Positions 57,365 to 64,000 of a DNA stretch of 64,000 nt are shown one piece after another; within the stretch, counting starts at the first letter, position 1; each line of letters begins with the position of its first letter. The stretch spans positions 32,765 to 96,764 of the forward strand of contig CAWBYX010000028.1 in the NCBI GenBank assembly GCA_963793135.1. The letters run 5' to 3'. The notes below the pieces were generated by a model. It searched no databases, was not told the DNA's origin, and saw only the letters and a list, made by a program, of their open reading frames with translations. This DNA comes from an uncultured Verrucomicrobiae bacterium (lineage in GTDB: Bacteria; Verrucomicrobiota; Verrucomicrobiia; Chthoniobacterales; JAFAMB01). Position numbers and translations under genes: made by a program.

Positions 57365-58168
57365 AAATCGTCTGGGACAAAAACCCGCCGTCGACCCGAA
57401 GGTCAATTCCGGTGACAAACCCGCTGGCTTTTTCACTCGCCAGAAAGACCGCGGCACCGGCAAGTTCAGCGGGATTTCCGAAACGCCCCATCGACGTATG
57501 GGCCAGAATAACCTGGCCACGGGCCGTAGCGGTTCCATCCTCGTTGAAGAGCAAGCGGCGGTTTTGCTCTCCGGGAAAGAAACCTGGGGTTATCGAATTC
57601 ACGCGAACGTTGTAAGGCGCCCACTCACGGGCCAGGAATTGGGTTAGATTGACTACCGCCGCCTTTGCTGCCGAATAGGCCACAACACGCGAGAGGGGAA
57701 GGTGGGCAGAAACGCTGGCAATGTTGATGATGCTGCCTTTACGCTGTTCCTTCATTGCGGGGCCAAATACTTGGCAGGGAGGACAGCGCCGGCGACCAGA
57801 TTCATGTCAAAACTTTCCCGCCAATCCGCGGCGCTAATTCCTTCAAACGGATGTTCGGGGGTGACAGTTACGCGCGGGTCATTGCCACCGGCGGCGTTCA
57901 CCAGGATGGTGGGAGCGCCTAAGTGGCTAAGCAAAGTCTCGCGCGCAGTTTTCAACGAGTCTTGATCAAGGGCATCTGCCGGAAAATATCCGGCGGCACC
58001 CCCCTGTTTTTGGATCGAGCGAACTCTTGCTTCGCCCCGTTCCGCGTTTCGGCCAAGCACGGCCACCTTGGCGCCGCCGGCAGCTAATCCCTCCGCGATG
58101 GCGCCACCCAGTACACCGGTAGCGCCCAAGACGACGGCGACCTCTCCGGCCAAGTTAAACAAGTCCAT
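57363..58168 (-). pseudogene. SDR-family oxidoreductase (uronate-pathway reductase type) with an apparent -1 frameshift
   Basis: N-part VAVVLGATGVLGGAIAEGLAAGGAKV...LVNAAGGN. C-part ...PCQVFGPAMKEQRKGSIINIASVSA...YSAAKAAVVNLTQ. One base is missing in the CCC (plus-strand GGG) run at 57777-57779. Confidence 0.8.
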
Positions 58169-58229
58169 TTGGGCTACCTCAATTTTGAATTAAATCGTAA
58201 TCGAACACATAGCTCCGGTCTGCTTCACC

Positions 58230-59681
58230 CTACTGACTCCTGGCTCCTGGTTCCTGGCTCCTGATTCCGCATTCCAAGCCGAAGTAAGATTTGGCGTTTT
58301 CGAAACAGATCCCCCGGACCAGGTTGCCAAGCAGCTCCTCGTCATTCGGGATTTCGCCTCGTTCCACTTCCACGCCCAACAAATTACAGAGAATGCGCCG
58401 GAAGTATTCGTGACGGGGGTAAGACATGAAACTGCGTGAGTCGGTCAACATCCCTACAAAACGGCTGAGCAGGCCCACGTTGGATAGCGCGTTCAATTGC
58501 CATTCCATGCCTTCCTTCTGATCTAAGAACCACCAACCGCTTCCAAACTGCAGTTTGCCGGCTATTGAACCGTCCTGGAAGTTGCCAATCATCGTTGCCA
58601 AGACATAGTTGTCGGCAGGATTGAGGCCGTAGAGAATCATCTTTGGGAGTTTCCCCGCGGTTTCTAACTGATCCAGGTATCGCACCAGCGGTTCAGCTTG
58701 CGGGTAGTCACCGATAGAGTCGTACCCGGTGTCGGGCCCAAACTCGGCTAAGCGCCGGCGGTTGGTGTTGCGCAGAGCGCCCAGGTGCAACTGCTTGGTC
58801 CAGCCCGCGTCCGCATCCAGTTCACCCAAAAAGCGCAGAATAAAACTACGAAACTTCAGCGTCTCCAGTTCCGTGGGAACCTGACCCGAGCGGACCCGCG
58901 CATAGATCGCACTCGCCGCGGCTTCATCGCACGGCTCAGAATAGGTGAAAGGCAGGCCTTGATCCGATAGTTTTGCGCCGAGCGAGCCGAAGAAGTCGTG
59001 CCGAGCTCGCAAAGCCTCCAGGAGGCCCGTCAGCTCCGTGCAAGTCCGGCCGCTCGTCTTCTCTAAGCGGGCAACCCAGGTCTGAAAAGCGTCGCCCTGA
59101 TCGATGGCAAAAACCTTATCCGGACGGAAGGCTGGATAAACGCGGGTTGGCAAGTCACTGGCCCGAATCGCTTGATGAGGCGCCAGGTCGTCAGTCGGAT
59201 CATCCGTGGTGCAAATGACTGAAACCCTGAATTTTTCGAGGATGCGATGCACCGTGAGTTCCTGCAGTTGTTCGTTGGCCTGCGCCCAGATCCGTGGTGC
59301 TGACCTTTCGTTTAAGAGTTCCGTAATCCCAAAATAGCGTCGCAACTCCAAGTGGGTCCAATGATAGAGCGGGTTGCGAAGAGTGGCCGGGACTGTTCGG
59401 GCAAAAGCGAGAAACTTGTCATAATCGCTGGCATCGCCGGTAATCAATCGTTCGGGCACACCATTCGCACGCATTGCTCGCCATTTGTAATGGTCCCCAT
59501 AGTGGCCATCGGCGAGCCAGATCTGAGTCAGGTTCTCAAAGCGGCGGTTCAGCGAGATCTCGGCTGGAGGGATATGACAATGGTAGTCGAAAAGGGGCAT
59601 GGCCTGAGCAAAATCGAAGTAGAGCTTCTCGCTCATGCGGGTCGAGAGCAGATAATTCTCGGGTAGAAAAGAGTTGTCCAT
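58230..59681 (-). CDS. uxaC: glucuronate isomerase
   Basis: 483 aa. FLPENYLL...LYFDFAQAMPLFDYHCHI is the typical UxaC N-terminus. The last 12 codons run into a heptamer array (58231-58275). Confidence 0.9.
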   Translation of the reverse strand: MDNSFLPENYLLSTRMSEKLYFDFAQAMPLFDYHCHIPPAEISLNRRFENLTQIWLADGHYGDHYKWRAMRANGVPERLITGDASDYDKFLAFARTVPATLRNPLYHWTHLELRRYFGITELLNERSAPRIWAQANEQLQELTVHRILEKFRVSVICTTDDPTDDLAPHQAIRASDLPTRVYPAFRPDKVFAIDQGDAFQTWVARLEKTSGRTCTELTGLLEALRARHDFFGSLGAKLSDQGLPFTYSEPCDEAAASAIYARVRSGQVPTELETLKFRSFILRFLGELDADAGWTKQLHLGALRNTNRRRLAEFGPDTGYDSIGDYPQAEPLVRYLDQLETAGKLPKMILYGLNPADNYVLATMIGNFQDGSIAGKLQFGSGWWFLDQKEGMEWQLNALSNVGLLSRFVGMLTDSRSFMSYPRHEYFRRILCNLLGVEVERGEIPNDEELLGNLVRGICFENAKSYFGLECGIRSQEPGARSQ

Positions 59682-59789
59682 GGGTATTGGCCTCGTTGGG
59701 GTACATGGTTGAATAAGGCCGAGAAGCGACTTCGGTCAAGTGGTCAGGCCCTTTTTAATTCAGGCCGGATTATGGTATGATATGTTTTT

Positions 59790-60521
59790 ATGCCGATTCA
59801 GGTCATCGAGCCGCGCCGTCTTTATTTGCAGATTGCCGATCAGATCCGGTCGCTGATTACGGCCGGAGAGTTTTCTCCTGGGAGTCGTCTTCCCGCCGAA
59901 CGAGAACTGGCCAAGCGATTCGGCGTCTCACGACCATCCATGCGGGAAGCGCTGATTGCTTTGGAGGTCGAAGGATACGTCGACGTGCGTCCTGGCTCGG
60001 GAATCCTGGTCACTACGCCCGAAAGCGAGACGCCGGATATTTCGGGTGACGAAGGACCGTTGGAAATCCTTCGGGTGCGCAGCCTTATTGAGGGGGCGAT
60101 TGCGGCGGAGGTCGCCCCAGATATGGAACAGAAGGATATTGATGCCCTCGAAAAGATTCTTTTGGCGATGCAAGATGAAACGACTGCACAAGGCCGTCTG
60201 GCCGCTGATCGGCAATTCCACCATTTTATCGCAGCCAAACTCGACAATAAGGTTCTCTTAAGACTGCTGACAGGATTGCTCGAACAGGCCAACAGGCCTT
60301 GGGCTCGACAGTTTGCCGTCCATTTTGACAATGCCAATACTTGGGCGGCAGTTTTTTCTGAGCATCGAAAAATCGTGGAGGCTTTGGCGGCGCGCAACCC
60401 GGAGCGGGCACGCAAAGCGATGCGCCACCATTTAAAAAAAGCGCACGATCGGTGGGCCATGGATCAAGACCGCGATGGCGCCACTGGTTTTGAAGGTGGT
60501 TCAAACCTTGGCGACGAGTAA
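59790..60521 (+). CDS. FadR/GntR-family transcriptional regulator
   Basis: LPAERELAKRFGVSRPSMREALIALEVEGYV (winged HTH) plus an FCD-type C-domain. Confidence 0.9.
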   Translation: MPIQVIEPRRLYLQIADQIRSLITAGEFSPGSRLPAERELAKRFGVSRPSMREALIALEVEGYVDVRPGSGILVTTPESETPDISGDEGPLEILRVRSLIEGAIAAEVAPDMEQKDIDALEKILLAMQDETTAQGRLAADRQFHHFIAAKLDNKVLLRLLTGLLEQANRPWARQFAVHFDNANTWAAVFSEHRKIVEALAARNPERARKAMRHHLKKAHDRWAMDQDRDGATGFEGGSNLGDE

Positions 60522-60718
60522 GCGACTTCTTATCGTGGAACCGTCGGCTGATGCGGTTGATCTTCCGCGGATGGATACTGAACATTAAATGGCCTTACCA
60601 CTGGACCTTTTCAGGCCGGAGCGTATGGTAGATGGTCCGTATCCCCTGACGAACCCTGGAATTTCCAACGCCTTCACCGGCATTCGTTCAATCAAGCCCC
60701 TCGCGTCAAAGGCGACTC

Positions 60719-62005
60719 ATGTCATTCTCAACCATTTCATTGTGCAGTTCGCCGGGCTCTTACCTCAACCACGAGCAGGTGCTCGAGATCATAGGCAAAG
60801 CTTGCCCGGCTTCGGAATATAGCGGGAAAAAGGTGCTTCTGATCGTCCCTGACGGAACGCGAACATGTCCCTTGGGCATGCTCTTCAAAGGCCTGTTCGC
60901 TCAGATCGGTGCTCGTGCTGCGGCGCTCGACGTCATGATCGCTCTCGGCACGCATCAACCAATGAGCGAAGAGGCAATCTGCCAGCGATTGGAAATTTCG
61001 GAGGAGGAGCGCCGCGCGAAATATGGGACGGTGCGGCTTTTTAATCATGAGTGGGATAATCCACTAGCCTTAAGAAACATCGGCACCATTTCCGCAGAAG
61101 AGATCAAAAATCTCAGCGGCGGTTTGTTTGCCATGGACGTGCCCGTCAATGTCAATCGGAAGATCTTTGACTATGACCAGATCATCATCGCCGGTCCGGT
61201 TTTTCCGCACGAAGTCGTTGGGTTTTCCGGGGGCAACAAATACTTGTTTCCGGGGGTGAGCGGGCCGGAAGTGCTGAACTTCTTTCATTGGCTCGGGGCG
61301 GTAGTCACAAACCCGATGATCATTGGCAACAAGTACACGCCGGTGCGCAAAGTGGTGGATCGTGCAGGGTCGATGGTCACGGTACCAAAACTCGCCTTCT
61401 GCATGGTGGTCGATCATGGGCAAATGGCGGGCCTTTTCGTTGGTTCACCGGAGAACGCCTGGGATGAAGCGAGCGATCTGTCACGGACGCTCCACATTAC
61501 TTACAAGGAGCATCCCTTCCATACCGTGCTTTCGTGCGCGCCGCTGATGTACGATGAACTTTGGGTGGGCGGCAAATGCATGTACAAACTTGAACCGGTG
61601 GTGGCCGACGGGGGTGAACTCATCATTTACGCACCTCACATTCACGAGATCTCGATCACCCACGGCGCCTTGATCCGGAGAATCGGCTACCATTGCCGGG
61701 ACTACTTTCTAAAACAATGGGACAAATATAAGGAGGTCCCTTGGGGGGTGCTGGCCCATTCGACACACGTTCGGGGCATTGGCACCTACAAGGATGGAAT
61801 TGAGAATTGCCGGGTCCAGGTAACGCTGGCGACCGGGATTGCCAAAGAAATTTGCGCGGAGATCAACCTCGGTTATCGCGATCCGGCCACCATTGATCCA
61901 AAAGCGTTCGCCAACCAGGAAGAGGAAGGCGTCCTGCTGGTGCCGAAAGCCGGGGAAATGTTATATCACTTGCGGCACCGGCCCGATTGGGCCCGTGAAA
62001 TGTGA
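60719..62005 (+). CDS. LarA-like (lactate racemase N-terminal domain / DUF2088) protein
   Basis: KVLLIVPDGTRTCP...MIALGTHQPMS...FSGGNKYLFPG resembles the nickel-pincer-dependent racemase/epimerase family. Confidence 0.6.
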   Translation: MSFSTISLCSSPGSYLNHEQVLEIIGKACPASEYSGKKVLLIVPDGTRTCPLGMLFKGLFAQIGARAAALDVMIALGTHQPMSEEAICQRLEISEEERRAKYGTVRLFNHEWDNPLALRNIGTISAEEIKNLSGGLFAMDVPVNVNRKIFDYDQIIIAGPVFPHEVVGFSGGNKYLFPGVSGPEVLNFFHWLGAVVTNPMIIGNKYTPVRKVVDRAGSMVTVPKLAFCMVVDHGQMAGLFVGSPENAWDEASDLSRTLHITYKEHPFHTVLSCAPLMYDELWVGGKCMYKLEPVVADGGELIIYAPHIHEISITHGALIRRIGYHCRDYFLKQWDKYKEVPWGVLAHSTHVRGIGTYKDGIENCRVQVTLATGIAKEICAEINLGYRDPATIDPKAFANQEEEGVLLVPKAGEMLYHLRHRPDWAREM

Positions 62006-63125
62006 ACAGGCCACCTGAGTTCATGAAGAAACCGGAAGACTCCATGGACGAGGGGGGAGGGTCAACGGGCGCCGGGAACATGGAACGGTTCCTCGCGTTA
62101 CATGAATTCGAGCCTGAGGCCCGCGAGCGGCTGCCGCACGCGGTGTACGAGTATGTAGCGGGCGGTGCCGGGGATGAGCACTCCATACAGGCCAACGAGG
62201 AAAGCTACCGAAAGATATTTCTGCGACCACGGGTGTTGCGCACCGTCGCGCCTGTGGACTTGGGGCAGGAACTGTTTAGCCGTCGTTTACCTGTGCCGGT
62301 TCTGCTCGCTCCGGCCGCTTATCAGCGGCTGATGCATCCCGAGGGCGAGCTTGGTTCTGTCCAGGGTGCGATCCGTCACGGCGTGCCTTTTGTTCTCAGC
62401 TCTAACGGGACTGTGTCGATCGAAGAGATCACCGCGGTGCCCGGTGCTCGCTGCTGGTTTCAGCTTTATGTCCAAGGCGATCGCGGGTTCACGCGCGATT
62501 CGATCGAACGGGTCGAAGCCGCGGGCTGCGAAGCGGTGTGCGTGACGGTCGATACGCCAGTCCTCGGATTGCGTCCCCGCCAAATCCGGGCAGAATTCAA
62601 TATCCCGGATGGCGTCCCTCTGCCCCACGCGAGACGGGTGCGAGCCGCTTCGGATCCTGGAATGCATAGCGCGGTGACGTGGAGCGACGTGGAATGGTTG
62701 CGCTCGGTGGTGAAAAGCAAGCTTGCTGCTAAAGGGGATCCTGCACCCGGCCGACGCGGAATTGGCGATTCAGGCTGGAGTGGACGGCATCATGGTCTCG
62801 AATCACGGCGGGCGCAATCTCGACACGATTGTCCCGCCTATCGAGGCCTTGCCCGACATCGCGCAACAGGTGGCGGGCCGTGTACCCCTGTTCGTGGACG
62901 GCGGCATTCGGCGTGGCACCGACGCGCTTAAGGGCCTGCTGCTTCGGCGCAACTGCGGTCTTGATCGGACGACCATACCTCTACGCTTTGGCGGTGGGAG
63001 GAGCGGATGGAGTCGCACGATGCCTTTCGATATTGATCGAGGAGTTACGCCTCGCGATGGCGTTGGTGGGAGCGGGTTCGCTGCGGGATCTTAACCGGGA
63101 AGTTGTCTGGCCGGCGCGGGGTTGA
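62002..63125 (+). pseudogene. FMN-dependent alpha-hydroxy-acid dehydrogenase/oxidase (LldD/glycolate-oxidase family) with two +1 frameshifts
   Basis: Frame 1 reads ...YEYVAGGAGDE...WFQLYV...VTVDTPVLG. Frame 2 reads LLLKGILHPADAELAIQAGVDGIMVSNHGGRNLD...VDGGIRRGTDALK. Frame 3 reads ACCFGATAVLIGRPYLYALAVGG. The shifts are at about 62722 and 62933. The start overlaps the LarA-like stop (ATGA). Confidence 0.8.
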
Positions 63126-63328
63126 GGGGTCGAGTGGGGTTGAGTTGTCAGTGTCGGTTGTCAGTTGCCAGGAGGAAGCTGTGGATCCGCGAAGCGGGCA
63201 GGTGTAGTTCGTCCTTCCGAGACAGGGTGGGCCGATGGCGGATCTTTGGCCGGACTGCAGGACTGATTCTAATCTCTCGAGATATTTTCGAATGCCTTGG
63301 GATAGTGACTCGTGCAGCCTGTGGAGTT

Positions 63329-63535
63329 CTATTTCAGCCCAAACGTATCTCGTAGTTGTCTATCGAGCTCTTCCCAAGGCGCGCTAGCTGCCTCTTCGCG
63401 GGAACGAATCCCTTCGTCAATCGCTTGTTCCTCCTCTTCAGTCCACGAGAGTTCGGTATTCAGCAACTGGCGAAGGCGCTCCTTTTCTTCAGTTGTAAGC
63501 TTTGGAAGCTCTTCAACGATTTCCTCGAAGCTCAT
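63329..63535 (-). CDS. putative addiction-module antitoxin component
   Basis: 68 aa. MSFEEIVEELPKLTTEEKERLRQLL...SWTEEEEQAIDEG resembles the small acidic antitoxins of RelE/ParE-type modules. Confidence 0.55.
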   Translation of the reverse strand: MSFEEIVEELPKLTTEEKERLRQLLNTELSWTEEEEQAIDEGIRSREEAASAPWEELDRQLRDTFGLK

Positions 63536-63749
63536 TTCCTCATTCTAACTCATCTCAGAGGCTGCGCCACATCGCGTCGCTCTGTCAGTCTTGTCGGAAG
63601 GAAAAATATCCGAAACGGTCATGTTCAATGCCTGAGCCTCGAGCTACCGCGTCGGTTCGATCCTCTTGTACCTTGCGTCTTATTCTTATAATAGCCGCCG
63701 CCTCTGATGACCGATTCGCAGGGGTAACGTGATAGGCGAGGTCACGCGG

Positions 63750-63782
63750 GAAGCCCCGGCTCAGGCGGAGCTTCGCCCTACC
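63750..63782 (+). repeat. REP unit GAAGCCCCGGCTCAGGCGGAGCTTCGCCCTACC
   Basis: Identical core to 53781-53813. Confidence 0.8.
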
Positions 63783-64000
63783 TGAGCCCTGGCTTCTCGC
63801 GTCGCTCTTCAGAAACCATAGATTGCATTGGCAGCTCGCTGTATTTCAGAAACGATTCGGCTGATGGAACTTCCTCGACGCGAAACTTGCCTGGAATTCC
63901 ATCGCCACGTTTCCAATGAAGGCATGCTGCAATCAGGAAGGCGCCCCCTAGCAAGATGCCAAGTATTCCACCGACAAGGGATGCACCGTTACCATGGCTT
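63778..64000 (-). CDS. hypothetical small membrane protein (5' end outside the window)
   Basis: Open minus-strand frame ...GASLVGGILGILLGGAFLIAACLHWKRGDGIPGKFRVEEVP... running off the right edge. The stop lies in the REP unit. Confidence 0.35.
   Translation of the reverse strand, partial: SHGNGASLVGGILGILLGGAFLIAACLHWKRGDGIPGKFRVEEVPSAESFLKYSELPMQSMVSEERREKPGLR

Noticed and set aside
59840-60460. A 206-aa minus-strand ORF.
   Set aside because: It is antisense to the clearly recognisable FadR/GntR regulator.

Overview
This 64-kb window is roughly mid-50s % GC and mostly holds chromosomal housekeeping and catabolic genes. From gene families and repeat types I guess a PVC-group (Verrucomicrobiota-like) bacterium, but this is inference only because no database search was possible.

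Recognisable genes:
- purD, thiD, apaG, hemW, rtcB and 5-formyl-THF cyclo-ligase.
- A Sir2 deacylase and a macro-domain deacetylase.
- A hexuronate cluster: ExuT-like transporter, UxaE-like epimerase, SDR and uxaC, followed by a FadR regulator, a LarA-like protein and an LldD-like protein.
- Transporters, hydrolases, two histidine-rich secreted proteins and one tRNA-Arg(UCG).

Four things stand out.
1. A roughly 12-kb block of mobile-element debris at about 15.1-27.3 kb. It contains an IS110 remnant, mazEF, an iteron-type plasmid origin with a broken Rep_3 gene, and a Tn3-family tnpA split into two colinear blocks about 6 kb apart. It also contains an ORF-free, hairpin-dense 0.8-kb stretch.
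2. Intergenic hairpins whose arms are inverted microsatellite arrays. One carries an Avd/IVS-type four-helix-bundle gene in its loop, inside the hexuronate operon.
3. Several dispersed repeat families, including a 90-bp tRNA-like direct repeat that flanks a 4.1-kb islet.
4. A high density of single-base frameshifts, mostly +1 insertions, in otherwise conserved genes. This could be consensus indel error or real decay, and I cannot tell which from the sequence.

I found no CRISPR array, rRNA or recognisable defence system. Functions are assigned from motifs I recognise by eye. Frameshift positions are accurate to about +/-5 nt.
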